From positions 1-61,139 of the forward strand of contig CAUZWC010000001.1 in NCBI GenBank assembly GCA_963583595.1: 61,139 nucleotides of DNA. Reading direction: 5' to 3'. Each line of letters starts with the position of its first letter. Position 1 is the first letter of the stretch. Source of the stretch: Alphaproteobacteria bacterium. GTDB taxonomy: Bacteria > Pseudomonadota > Alphaproteobacteria > CADEGL01. Shown piece after piece: positions 9,802 through 20,000 of the stretch. Below the pieces are notes generated by a model. That model was not told where the DNA came from, made no database searches, and was given only the letters and a program-made list of their open reading frames with translations. Position numbers and translations under genes: made by a program.

Positions 9802-10101
9802 CGGCCAATCGCGCCACCGGGCGGTTCAGCGCCTGATCCAGTTTGCCACCGAGGCGGCCCACAGGCCGGCATTCCGGTCAGCCTGTGCGGCGAAATGGCT
9901 GGCGATCCGCGCTGCACGATCCTGCTGCTCGGTCTCGGCATCCGCAAACTCTCGATGGCCGCGGGCAGCATTCCCCGGGTCAAGGAACGGGTGCGGCTGA
10001 TGGACCAACTTGCCGCGAACCGGCGCGCGCATATGATTATGGATCAATGGGATGCGGGTCGGATTGCCGTTCTGCTCGACAATTTCAACGCCCTGGCGTA
10101 G
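9798..10101 (+). pseudogene. Remnant of a putative ptsH (HPr) - ptsI/ptsP (Enzyme I) pair: 12-codon stub fused to a frameshifted EI C-terminal fragment
   Basis: An ATGA-coupled start with GGAGG gives only MTANRATGRFSA*. From about 9810 the translation is HRAVQRLIQFATEAAHR, followed after a 1-nt frame change by AGIPVSLCGEMAGDPRCTILLLGLGIRKLSMAAGSIPRVKERV. That is the conserved extreme C-terminus of PEP-protein phosphotransferase. Confidence 0.75.
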
Positions 10102-10248
10102 CCGCGTGAATTTAATCTGGCGTTAACCATGTCGGGTTAGGACCGGTGCTGCGGTTGCTGGCGCACCGGAGTATTGCTATACGGCCTCGCGACGGGAGAC
10201 GCCAAAGGGCCGCGGCGCGATTACGCCGGCCCGCTTTTGGAGAGCGAC

Positions 10249-11544
10249 ATGCCGAACGAACAGGATTTCAAGGTTGCGGATGTCTCGCTGGCCGATTGGG
10301 GCCGCCGGGAAATCGAGCTAGCCGAGACAGAAATGCCCGGCCTGATGGCGACGCGCGAGGAATTCGGTGCGTCCAAGCCGCTCAAGGGCGCGCGCATCGC
10401 GGGCTGCCTGCATATGACGATCCAGACCGCGGTCCTAATCGAAACCCTGACCGCGCTGGGCGCCGAGGTGCGCTGGAGTTCCTGCAACATCTTCTCGACC
10501 CAGGACCAGGCCGCCGCTGCCATCGCGGCGACCGGCGTGCCGGTTTTCGCCTGGAAGGGGATGAGTGAGGAGGAATTCTGGTGGGCCATCGAGAAGACCG
10601 TCTTCGGTCCCGACGGCTGGCGCCCCAACCTGATCCTCGACGACGGTGGCGACCTGACCGTGCTGATGCATGAGAAATACGGCGAGCTGCTCGACGATGT
10701 GGTAGGCCTGTCGGAGGAGACCACGACCGGCGTTCATCGCCTCTACGAAATGCAGAAGGCCGGCACCCTGAAGGTTCCGGCGATCAACGTGAACGATTCG
10801 GTCACCAAGTCGAAATTCGACAACAAATACGGTTGCCGGGAAAGCCTAGTCGATGCGATCCGGCGCGCCACCGACCTGATGATGGCGGGCAAGGTTGCGG
10901 TCGTCGCCGGCTATGGCGATGTCGGCAAGGGCTCGGCCGAATCCCTGCGCAACGCGGGTTGCCGCGTGCTGGTGACCGAGGCCGATCCGATCTGCGCCCT
11001 GCAGGCGGCGATGGAGGGATTCGAGGTCGTCTCCATGGAGGCCGCCGCGCCGCGCGGCGACATCTTCGTGACCGCGACCGGCAATATCGATGTCATCACG
11101 GTCGATCATATGCGGGCGATGAAGGACCGCGCCGTGATCTCCAATATCGGCCATTTCGACAGCGAGATTCAGGTCTCCGCCCTGGCCAACATGAAATGGC
11201 GCGAGATCAAGCCGCAGGTCGACGAGATCGAGTTTCCCGGCGGCAAGCGGGTCATCCTTCTGGCCAAGGGCCGGTTGGTGAATCTCGGCTGCGGGACGGG
11301 CCATCCCAGCTTCGTGATGAGTGCGTCCTTTACCAACCAGGTGATCGCGCAGCTGGAACTTTGGCAGAACCCGGATTGCTACGGGCGCGAGGTCTATGTC
11401 CTGCCCAAGCATCTCGACGAGAAGGTGGCGAAACTTCATCTTGACAAACTGGGCGTGACTCTTACGCAGCTCTCGTCCGAGCAGGCGACCTATATCGGCG
11501 TCAAGGCGGAAGGGCCGCATAAGCCCGACTACTACCGCTACTAG
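10249..11544 (+). CDS. ahcY: Adenosylhomocysteinase
   Basis: Full-length match to SAH hydrolase ([31 protein letters not shown]-binding [11 protein letters not shown]-terminal PDYYRY). Start taken at ATG 10249, internal to the track ORF. Confidence 0.96.
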   Translation: MPNEQDFKVADVSLADWGRREIELAETEMPGLMATREEFGASKPLKGARIAGCLHMTIQTAVLIETLTALGAEVRWSSCNIFSTQDQAAAAIAATGVPVFAWKGMSEEEFWWAIEKTVFGPDGWRPNLILDDGGDLTVLMHEKYGELLDDVVGLSEETTTGVHRLYEMQKAGTLKVPAINVNDSVTKSKFDNKYGCRESLVDAIRRATDLMMAGKVAVVAGYGDVGKGSAESLRNAGCRVLVTEADPICALQAAMEGFEVVSMEAAAPRGDIFVTATGNIDVITVDHMRAMKDRAVISNIGHFDSEIQVSALANMKWREIKPQVDEIEFPGGKRVILLAKGRLVNLGCGTGHPSFVMSASFTNQVIAQLELWQNPDCYGREVYVLPKHLDEKVAKLHLDKLGVTLTQLSSEQATYIGVKAEGPHKPDYYRY

Positions 11545-11605
11545 AGGCCAGGTCGCCGTGGGGCTTGCTTGATTAGGCGTGTTGCGTCCGGTTGTGGCGT
11601 TCGAG

Positions 11606-11634
11606 GCGCCCGGCGGAGATTTTCCCGCCGGGCG
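11606..11634 (+). terminator. Possible hairpin terminator after ahcY
   Basis: GC-rich inverted repeat GCGCCCGGCGG / CCGCCGGGCG with an 8-nt loop. The U-tract is poor, so the call is tentative. Confidence 0.4.
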
Positions 11635-11711
11635 GCCGCGTTTGGCAGCCTCGCGACCGCGATTCCGGCCCTCGCTTGACAGGCCCCGCCGCCGCCCGAT
11701 GATGGGCGGCG

Positions 11712-12245
11712 ATGGTCGATAATGCCCGCGCGATGACTTCTTCCGCATCCTCAGAACCGCACCCGCCCATCGTCCTCGACCTGCAGGACGAGGCGGGTAT
11801 GGCCGCGCTTGCGCGCCGTCTCGCGGATCTGGCCCGGCCGGGCGATACCATCGCCCTCGACGGTGATCTCGGGACCGGCAAGACCAGTTTCGCGCGCGCC
11901 TTCATCCGGGCGCGGGCCGCCGCGGCGGAAGCCCCGCTGGGCGAGGTGCCGAGCCCGACCTTCACCCTGGTCCAGGTCTACGATCTGCCGGGTGGCGCGG
12001 TCTGGCATACCGATCTCTACCGCCTCGGCGACCCCTCGGAAGCGGCCGAACTCGGTCTCGACGAGGCTTTGACCGAGGGCATCCTGCTGGTCGAATGGCC
12101 GGGCAGGGCGCCGGATGCGCTCGATCCCGGGCGTCTCTGCATCGCGATCTCCTATGGCCCTGGCGGCGATGCGCGGACGGTCGTAATTTCGGGCGGCCCG
12201 GCCTGGCGGGACCGGATGGCGCGTCTGGCCGGAGCGACCTCGTGA
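11712..12245 (+). CDS. tsaE: tRNA t6A37 biosynthesis ATPase TsaE (YjeE)
   Basis: ALDGDLGTGKTSFARAFI P-loop plus the HTDLYRL and LLVEWP motifs typical of TsaE. Confidence 0.88.
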   Translation: MVDNARAMTSSASSEPHPPIVLDLQDEAGMAALARRLADLARPGDTIALDGDLGTGKTSFARAFIRARAAAAEAPLGEVPSPTFTLVQVYDLPGGAVWHTDLYRLGDPSEAAELGLDEALTEGILLVEWPGRAPDALDPGRLCIAISYGPGGDARTVVISGGPAWRDRMARLAGATS

Positions 12246-13261
12246 CGGAACGGGCCGCCGCGCTCGATGCCTTTCTGGCCGCGGCGGGCTGGGCCGATGC
12301 CGCACGCCATCCTTTGCCCGGCGACGCTTCCTTCCGCCGCTATACCCGCCTGAAGCGGAGCGCGGGCCGCGAGCCGGCGACCGCCATGGTGATGGACGCG
12401 CCGCCGCCGCGCGAAGACGTACGGCCCTTCCTCGCCGTCGCGCGGCACCTCTCGGCCATGGAATTCAGTGCGCCGTGCATCCTCGCGGAAGACAGCACCG
12501 AGGGATTCTTGCTGCTCGAGGATCTGGGCGACGCGACCTATACCCGGGAACTGGCCGCCGGGGCGGATGAGGCCGCCCTCTATAGCCTCGCCACGGATCT
12601 GCTGATCGCCCTGCACCGCCGGCCCGACGCGAACGCGGCCGAACTGCCGTCCTATGACGACGAACGCCTGCTGGCCGAGGCGGCGCTGCTGGTCGATTGG
12701 TATATCCCGGCGGTGACCGGGCGGGCCTTGGCCGATGCCGCCCGAGACGATTATCTTGGGCTCTGGCGGAATGCCTTTCCGGTCGCCCGTTCGGTGCCCG
12801 ATACCCTCATTCTGCGCGACTACCACGTCGATAATCTGATGGTTCTGCCGGGGCGGGCGGGCATTGCGGCTTGCGGCTTGCTCGATTTCCAGGATGCGGT
12901 GATCGGGTCGATCGCCTATGACCTCGTCTCCCTGCTGGAAGACGCAAGGCGCGACCTCGCCCCCGGTCTGGCCGAGGCGATGACGGCGCGCTACCTCGCG
13001 GCCTTCCCCGCCCTCGACCCGGCGGGTCTGCGCGCCGCCTATGCCGTGCTCGGTGCGCAGCGCAACGCCAAGATTCTCGGCATCTTCACCCGCCTCTGCC
13101 GGCGCGACGGCAAGCCCCACTACCTGCGCCATATCCCCCGGGTCTGGCGTCTGCTCGAAGGCGATCTCCGCCATCCGGCCCTGGCCGATCTCGACGCCTG
13201 GTTTGGGCGCAATCTGCCGCCGGCCTTGCGCAGGATCCCGGACCAAGGACGCGCGGCGTGA
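12242..13261 (+). CDS. amgK: Aminoglycoside-phosphotransferase-fold kinase, AmgK-like (anomeric MurNAc/GlcNAc kinase)
   Basis: APH-fold motifs (GDASFRRYTRL, LRDYHVDNLM, LLDFQDA). Conserved pairing with a MurU-like nucleotidyltransferase. GTG start overlaps the tsaE stop (GTGA). Confidence 0.75.
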   Translation: MTERAAALDAFLAAAGWADAARHPLPGDASFRRYTRLKRSAGREPATAMVMDAPPPREDVRPFLAVARHLSAMEFSAPCILAEDSTEGFLLLEDLGDATYTRELAAGADEAALYSLATDLLIALHRRPDANAAELPSYDDERLLAEAALLVDWYIPAVTGRALADAARDDYLGLWRNAFPVARSVPDTLILRDYHVDNLMVLPGRAGIAACGLLDFQDAVIGSIAYDLVSLLEDARRDLAPGLAEAMTARYLAAFPALDPAGLRAAYAVLGAQRNAKILGIFTRLCRRDGKPHYLRHIPRVWRLLEGDLRHPALADLDAWFGRNLPPALRRIPDQGRAA

Positions 13262-13980
13262 CGGTGCGCCGGGCCATGGTGCTCGCGGCCGGGCGGGGCC
13301 AGCGGATGCGCCCGATCACCGACACCTTGCCCAAGCCCTTGGTCGCGGTCGCCGGCCGGCCCATGATCGACCGCATCCTCGACCGTCTGGCCGCGGCGGG
13401 CGTGGCGGGGGCGGTGGTCAATGCCCATCACCTGGCCCCGGTCCTGCTGCGTCATCTGGAGACCCGGCGGGGCCTGCCCGCGATCCATGTCTCACCGGAG
13501 GACACGCTGCTCGACACCGGCGGCGGCGTGGTCCAGGCCCTGCCCCTGCTGCGGCCGGACCCCTTCTTCGTCGCCAACAGCGACACTGCCTGGCGCGACC
13601 CTGCGCCCGGGGCCTTCGCCAGCCTTGCGGCAGCCTGGGACGATGATGCGATGGACGGGCTGCTGCTGCTCTGCCCGCGCGACGTGGCCTTCGGCTATGA
13701 CGGCCCCGGCGATTTCCTGATGGCCGAAGACGGACGCCTGCGCCGGGCGGCGGGCACGGCTGGCGCGCTCGTCTTCATGGGTCTCCAGATTCTTCATCCC
13801 CGCCTGTTCGCGGATGCGCCCGAGGGGGCCTTCTCACTCAACCTGGTCTACGACAGGGCCCGGGCGGCGGGCCGCCTGTTCGGCCTGGTCCATGGCGACC
13901 GCTGGTACCATGTCAGCACCCCCCAGGCCCTGGAGGCGGTTGAGGCTGAGATCGCCCAGGACGGCGGCCTCGATGCCTGA
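13258..13980 (+). CDS. murU: Nucleotidyltransferase, MurU-like (MurNAc-alpha-1-P uridylyltransferase)
   Basis: N-terminal AMVLAAGRGQRMRPITDTLPKPLV sugar-nucleotidyltransferase signature. The start overlaps the amgK stop. ATG 13276 is an alternative start. Confidence 0.78.
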   Translation: MTVRRAMVLAAGRGQRMRPITDTLPKPLVAVAGRPMIDRILDRLAAAGVAGAVVNAHHLAPVLLRHLETRRGLPAIHVSPEDTLLDTGGGVVQALPLLRPDPFFVANSDTAWRDPAPGAFASLAAAWDDDAMDGLLLLCPRDVAFGYDGPGDFLMAEDGRLRRAAGTAGALVFMGLQILHPRLFADAPEGAFSLNLVYDRARAAGRLFGLVHGDRWYHVSTPQALEAVEAEIAQDGGLDA

Positions 13981-16900
13981 GTCTAAACCTATCCCGGCGC
14001 CCCGGCCGGGCGTCTACACCATCCCGCCGGGCGTGCCCTTTCTCGACGCTCTGGCTAGGGGAGTGTTGGAGGAAGCGGGGAGCGACCCCCTGGCCCTCTC
14101 CGGCTACCGCATCCTGCTGCCGACCCGGCGCGCCGTCCGGTCCCTGGCCGAGGCTTTCCTGCGTCTGGGCGCGGGCGAGGCGATGCTGCTGCCGCGCCTG
14201 ACGCCGATCGGCGATGTGGATGAGGACGAGCTGTCCCTCGCCCTGGCCGAGGCGGCGCCGGATGCCGAGGCCTTGGCGGTTCCGCCCGCGATTCCCGAAT
14301 TGCGCCGCCGCTTGCTGCTGGCCGAACTGATCGTCGAGCAGGCGGGCAGTCGGCTCGACACGGACCACGCCATTCGCCTCGCCGCCGAACTGGCGCGCCT
14401 GGTCGATCAGGTCCAGACCGAGGGGTTGGATTTCGCCGATCTCGACCGGTTGGTCCCCGCCGACTATGCCGAGCATTGGCAGATCACCCTCGATTTCCTG
14501 CGCCTCGTCACTAGCCGCTGGCCCGAGCGCCTCGCCGAGGAGGGCGCGATCGAACCGGCAGATCGGCGCAACCGGCTCCTGGCCGCCCAGGCCGAACGCT
14601 GGGCCGCCGCGCCGCCGCCCGGCCAGGTGATCGCGGCCGGCTCGACCGGCAGCATTCCCGCGACCGCCGATCTGCTCGCGGCCGTGGCCGGTCTGCCGCG
14701 CGGCCGCGTTGTGCTGCCCGGTCTCGATCAGGATACCGACGACGAAAGCTGGCGTCTGCTGAGCGCGGAAGGGCCGACCCATCCCCAGCATGGCTTGGCC
14801 CGTCTGCTGGCGCGGATCGGCCTGGACCGCAACCGGGTCGGCCTATGGCCCGGGGTGGAGATCGACCGCGCGGCCCGCGCCCGGGCACGATTCCTGGCCG
14901 AGGCCACGCGACCGGCGGAACGGACCGATGCCTGGCGTCGCCTCGCCTCCGAAGAGCAAAAATCGGTCACCCCCGCCTCGGTTGCGGGCCTGCGCCGCAT
15001 CACCTGCCCGACCCCGCGCGAGGAGGCGGCGGTGATCGCCCTGCTGTTGCGCGAGGTGCTCGAGGAACCGGGGCGCACCGCTGCCCTGATCACGCCGGAT
15101 CGGCCTCTGGCCCGGCGCGTCGCCGCGGAATTGCGGCGCTGGGGGGTCGAGATCGACGATTCCGCTGGCCAGCCCCTGAGCGCGACTCCGGTCGGCGCTT
15201 TCCTGCGGCTCTGCGCCCATGCCGCGGCCGAGGGCTTCGCTCCCATCCCCCTGCTGGCCCTGCTCAAGCATCCGCTGGCGGCGGCCGGGCAAGCGCCTGC
15301 TCGCCTGCGGGCGCGGGTGCGTGCCTTGGAGCGCGCGGCCCTGCGCGGCCCGCGCCCCGGTCCGGGGCTCTCGGGCCTGCGGCGCGCGATCGAAAGCCTC
15401 GACGAGGTAGAGAAGGCGGCGGAACGGGCCGATGCGCTTGCCCTTGTCGATGATCTGACCCGGCGCGTGGAGGGTTTTGCGCCGCTGCTTGCCGAGCGGC
15501 GGGCCGGTCTGGCCGATCTGATCGCGGCCCATCTCGCCTTCGCCGAGGCCCTGGCCGAAAGCGACGAGAAGAGCAGCGCGGCGCGGCTCTGGCGCGGCGA
15601 GGACGGCGAAGCCGCCGCCGCCCTGATGGCTGAACTGCACAGCTCCGCCGGCGGCCTGCCGCCGGTGGCCGGGGCCGATTATCCGTCCCTGTTCGAGGCC
15701 TTGATCGCCGGACCGGTGGTGCGGCCGCGCTGGGGCCGCCATCCACGTCTGTTCATCTGGGGGCCGTTGGAGGCCCGCCTGCTCCATGCCGACCGGTTGA
15801 TCCTGGGCTCGCTTAACGAAGGGGTCTGGCCGGCCGATCAGCCGCCCGATCCCTGGCTGAGCCGTCCGATGCGGAGCAATTTCGGCCTGCCCTTGCCCGA
15901 GCGGCGCATCGGCCTCTCCGCCCATGATTTCGCCCAGGCCCTGGGCGCGCGCGACGTCGTGATGACTCGGGCGGAACAGGCCGCCGGCGCGCCGACCGTC
16001 GCCTCGCGCTGGCTGCTGCGCCTGGAAACCACGATGCGCGCGGCAGGCCTCTTCGATGCCGATCCGGCGGTCGGCGAAGCCTGGGACGGCGGGCCGTGGC
16101 AGGCCTGGCAGGACAGGCTGGACCGCCCGGACCGGCCCGAACCCCGCCTGCGCCCGGAGCCGCGCCCGCCATTTTCGGCGCGCCCGCGCCGCCTGTCGGT
16201 GACGGCGATCGGCACATTGATGCGCAATCCCTACGGGATTTACGCGCGCTATGTGCTGGGGCTGAAGGCCCTGGACCCGCTCGACGCCGACCCCGGTGCG
16301 GCCGAGCGAGGCGGCATTCTCCATGCGGCGCTGGCGGCCTATCTGGGCGAGCTCGCCGATGCCTCGCCTGAAGCGGCGCATGCCCGGTTGTTGCAAATGG
16401 GGGAACAGGCTTTCGGCGCGACGCTCGACCGCCCTGGCGTGCGCGCCTTCTGGTGGCCGCGCTTCGAGCGGATCGCGGGTTGGTTCCTGGCCCAGCAGGC
16501 GGCGCTGGAACCGGGTCGCACGGTGGCCGCGGTCGAAGCGGAGGGCTGGCTCGATTTCGAGTCGCCCGGCGGGCCTTTCCGGCTGACGGCGCGCGCCGAC
16601 CGGATCGACCGTCTGGCCGATGGTGGCCTCGCCGTGATCGACTACAAGACCGGCCAGGCCCCGACCGCGCCCCAGGTCGAAGCGGGGTTGGAGCCGCAGC
16701 TTCCCCTCGAAGCGGCGATCGCCTGCTTCGGCGGCTTCGAGGGCGTGGCGGCCGGCGAACCCGCGGCCCTGGCCTATTGGCGGCTCACCGGCGGCGATCC
16801 TGCGGGCGAAATTCGCGAGATTCGCGGCGATGCGGGCGAACTGGCGACGGTGGCCTTCGACGGGCTCCGGGACCTGATCGCGGCCTTCGACGACCCGGAC

Positions 16901-17008
16901 ACGCCCTATCACGCGGTGCCGGATCCTGCGCGCGCGCCGCGCTTCGACGACTACGCCCATCTGGCGCGCATCGCCGAATGGTCGGCGGGTGGCGGGAGCG
17001 AGGAATGA
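13973..17008 (+). CDS. addB: Double-strand break repair protein AddB (alphaproteobacterial type)
   Basis: About 1010 aa with a C-terminal PD-(D/E)xK nuclease motif (ADRIDRLADGGLAVIDYKTGQAP). Lies immediately upstream of, and overlapping, addA. Start taken at ATG 13973, inside the longer track ORF. Confidence 0.88.
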   Translation: MPESKPIPAPRPGVYTIPPGVPFLDALARGVLEEAGSDPLALSGYRILLPTRRAVRSLAEAFLRLGAGEAMLLPRLTPIGDVDEDELSLALAEAAPDAEALAVPPAIPELRRRLLLAELIVEQAGSRLDTDHAIRLAAELARLVDQVQTEGLDFADLDRLVPADYAEHWQITLDFLRLVTSRWPERLAEEGAIEPADRRNRLLAAQAERWAAAPPPGQVIAAGSTGSIPATADLLAAVAGLPRGRVVLPGLDQDTDDESWRLLSAEGPTHPQHGLARLLARIGLDRNRVGLWPGVEIDRAARARARFLAEATRPAERTDAWRRLASEEQKSVTPASVAGLRRITCPTPREEAAVIALLLREVLEEPGRTAALITPDRPLARRVAAELRRWGVEIDDSAGQPLSATPVGAFLRLCAHAAAEGFAPIPLLALLKHPLAAAGQAPARLRARVRALERAALRGPRPGPGLSGLRRAIESLDEVEKAAERADALALVDDLTRRVEGFAPLLAERRAGLADLIAAHLAFAEALAESDEKSSAARLWRGEDGEAAAALMAELHSSAGGLPPVAGADYPSLFEALIAGPVVRPRWGRHPRLFIWGPLEARLLHADRLILGSLNEGVWPADQPPDPWLSRPMRSNFGLPLPERRIGLSAHDFAQALGARDVVMTRAEQAAGAPTVASRWLLRLETTMRAAGLFDADPAVGEAWDGGPWQAWQDRLDRPDRPEPRLRPEPRPPFSARPRRLSVTAIGTLMRNPYGIYARYVLGLKALDPLDADPGAAERGGILHAALAAYLGELADASPEAAHARLLQMGEQAFGATLDRPGVRAFWWPRFERIAGWFLAQQAALEPGRTVAAVEAEGWLDFESPGGPFRLTARADRIDRLADGGLAVIDYKTGQAPTAPQVEAGLEPQLPLEAAIACFGGFEGVAAGEPAALAYWRLTGGDPAGEIREIRGDAGELATVAFDGLRDLIAAFDDPDTPYHAVPDPARAPRFDDYAHLARIAEWSAGGGSEE

Positions 17009-20000
17009 CCGCCGCTCAGATGATCGCGGCCGATCCGGCCCATTCGGCCTGGGTCGGGGCCTCGGCAGGGACCGGCAAGACCAAGGTTCTGACCGACCGG
17101 GTGCTGCGCCTGATGCTGGCCGGCACCAAGCCCGAGGCGATTCTCTGCCTGACCTTCACCCGCGCGGCAGCCGCCGAGATGGCCGTGCGCCTCAACGACG
17201 TTCTGGCCGATTGGGCAACGGAGCCGGAAGCGGAGGTCGGCAACGCGCTGGCCGAGCTGACCGGCGAGACCCCCGACAATGCCCGGATCGATGCCGCCCG
17301 CCGCCTGTTCGCCCGGGTACTGGAGGCGCCGGGCGGCATCCGGATCCAGACCATCCACGCCTTCTGCCAATCCCTCCTGGCGCGCTTCCCCTTGGAGGCG
17401 GGGGTGCCGCCCCATTTCGAGGTCCTGGCGGAGCGCGAATCGCGCGAATTGTTGACCGGAATCGTGGCCGAACTACTGACCTGTGCCCGGCGCGCCGAGG
17501 ATGGGCTGGGGGCGGCTCTGGCGGTGATCGCGAGAGAACTTCAGGAACAGGCCTTCGACGACCTTCTTTCGGTGATCGTGCGCGAGCGGGCGCGCCTGCG
17601 CGCCCTGATCCGCGACCATGGCGGGCTGGACGGCGCCCGGGCGGCCCTGAGCGATGCGCTTGGCCTGCCGCCCGGTGCGACGGAAGAGGCCATCCTGGCC
17701 GAAGCCTGCCGCGATGCCGCCTTCGACCGCGCCGGTCTGGTCGCGGCGGCGGAAGCCCTGGCCGAAGGCGGCAAGTCGGATGCCGAGCGCGCAGACAAGA
17801 TAGCGGCTTTTCTCGCCCTCCCGGCCGATGACCGGCCCGGCGCGATGGCCGCCTATGCCGCAGCTTATCTGACCCAGAAGGGCGAGGCTCGGAAGACCCT
17901 CTCCACCAAGGCGGTGAAGGAGGCGCAACCCGGGACCGAGGATGTGCTGCTGCGGGAGGCCGAGCGCCTGATCGCCGTGGAAGAGCGCTGCCGGGCTGTG
18001 CGGGTCGTGGCGGCCACCGGCGCCTTGCTGGTCTTCGCCGACGCTCTGTTCGACGCCTATGACCGGCGCAAGGGTGCGCGCGCGCGGCTCGACTATGACG
18101 ATCTGATCCAGGGGGCTCTCGGCCTGCTGCGCTCGCCCGGCGCAGCGCCCTGGGTGCTCTACAAGCTCGATGGCGGCATCGACCATATCCTGGTCGACGA
18201 GGCCCAGGACACCAATCCGGCCCAATGGGAAGTCGTGCGTATCCTGAGCGCGGAATTCTTCGCCGGCGAGGGCGCGCGCGAACGGGTGCGCACGGTCTTC
18301 GCGGTGGGCGACGCCAAGCAGTCGATCTTCTCCTTCCAGGGCGCCGATCCCGAGGGTTTCGTCGCGATGCGGCGCTATTTCGCTCAGCGGGTGGCCGAGG
18401 CGGGGGCGGGTTTCGAGACGGTCGCGCTCGACCGCTCCTTCCGCTCGACCGATGCCGTGCTCGATGCCGTCGATCTGGTCTTCGCGCTGGAGCCGGCGCG
18501 CGACGGTGTGGCCGAGCCGGGCCAGGAGGTGCGCCACACCGCCCATCGCACCGGCCAGGCGGGGATGGTCGAGGTCTGGCCCTTGATTGGCCCGTGCGAG
18601 GCGGAGGAGCAGGCGCCCTGGTCCCTGCCCACCGCACTGCGCCCGGGGGACGCGCCTGCCGCGCGCCTGGCCCGGGTCATCGCCGACCGCATCGCCGATT
18701 GGATCAAGGCCGAGAAGCCGGGCGAGGAAGGCTGGCTGGATTCGCGCGACCGGGCCATGGCGCCGGGCGATGTCATGGTCCTGGTGCGCCGCCGCACCGC
18801 ATTCGTCGAGGAGCTCGTGCGCGCCCTCAAGGACCGCGAGGTGGCCGTGGCCGGGGTCGATCGGATGATCCTGACCAACCAGCTCGCCGTGCTCGACCTC
18901 GTCGCCCTGGGGCGCTTCCTGCTGCTGCCCGAGGACGACCTGACTCTCGCCACCGTGCTCAAGAGTCCCTTCATCGGCTTGGACGAGGAAACCCTGTTCC
19001 GTCTGGCCCATGGCCGGCCCGGCACCCTCTGGGCCGCCCTCCGTGCGGCCGCCGTCGCCGACCCGGCCGTAGCCGCCGCGCGCGACCGTCTGGAAGCCCT
19101 GCTCTCGGTCGTCGATTTCGAGCGGCCTTACGAACTCTACGCCGGGCTTCTCGCCCGGGGCGGGCGGCGCGCCCTGCTGCATCGCCTCGGGCCGGACGCG
19201 GCCGAGCCGGTGGACGAGTTCCTCGCCCTGGCGCTGGAGCATGAACAGGGCGAGTCCCCCAGCCTGGAGGGTTTCCTGCATTGGCTCGTCGCCGGGGAGA
19301 CCGAGGTCAAGCGCGAGCTGGGGCAAGGCGGCGACGCGGTCCGCATCATGACGGTCCACGGCGCCAAGGGATTGCAGGCTCCGGTCGTCATCCTGCCCGA
19401 TACGACGACCAAGCCGGTCCTGGACGATGCCCTGCTCTGGCCGGGCAATGTCGTCCTCTGGCCGCCCAAGCGCGCCGCCGAGGAAACCGTCTGCCGCGCC
19501 GCGCGGACCGAGTCGCGCGCCGCGCGCGACCGGGAATACCGCCGCCTGCTCTATGTCGCGATGACCCGGGCCGAGGACCGGCTGTATGTCTGCGGGTCGC
19601 ACGGCAAGACGGAGCCCCCGGCCGATTGCTGGTTCGAGCTGATCCGCGCGGGCCTGAATGAACATGCCGAGGCGGTCCATATCGACCTCGCGCAGGATTC
19701 GGCCGATGGCTGGGCCGGGCACGGGCTGCGCCTCGCCCGTAAGCAGCGCAGCGCGGCCAAGACCGACGATCGCGCCGGCCTCGCCCGTCTCGCGGCGCCG
19801 CCCCTGCCCGATTGGGCGACCCGCCCGCCGCCGCCCGAGCCGACTCCGCCGCGTCCCCTGGCACCCTCGCGGCCCAGCGAAGAAGATCCCCCCGTCTTCT
19901 CGCCGCTGGTCGGGGGCGACGAGGCGCGGTTCCGGCGCGGCCTCGTCGTCCATGCCCTGCTCCAACATCTGCCGGAACTGGACCCCCCGCGCCGCGCCGC

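Noticed and set aside
10102-10248. Possible SAH riboswitch or other leader upstream of ahcY, including a 7-bp hairpin CCGGTGC...GCACCGG at about 10142-10169.
   Set aside because: I could not find the conserved SAH-riboswitch core (GAGGAGCGCUGC...GGCUC...GCGCC pseudoknot elements). The hairpin has no U-tract. An Rfam scan of this interval would settle it.
11676-11711. TTGACA-N17-ATGATG as a promoter for tsaE.
   Set aside because: The -10 element is poor and overlaps the region immediately before the start codon, which leaves essentially no 5'UTR. This is likely a chance TTGACA.
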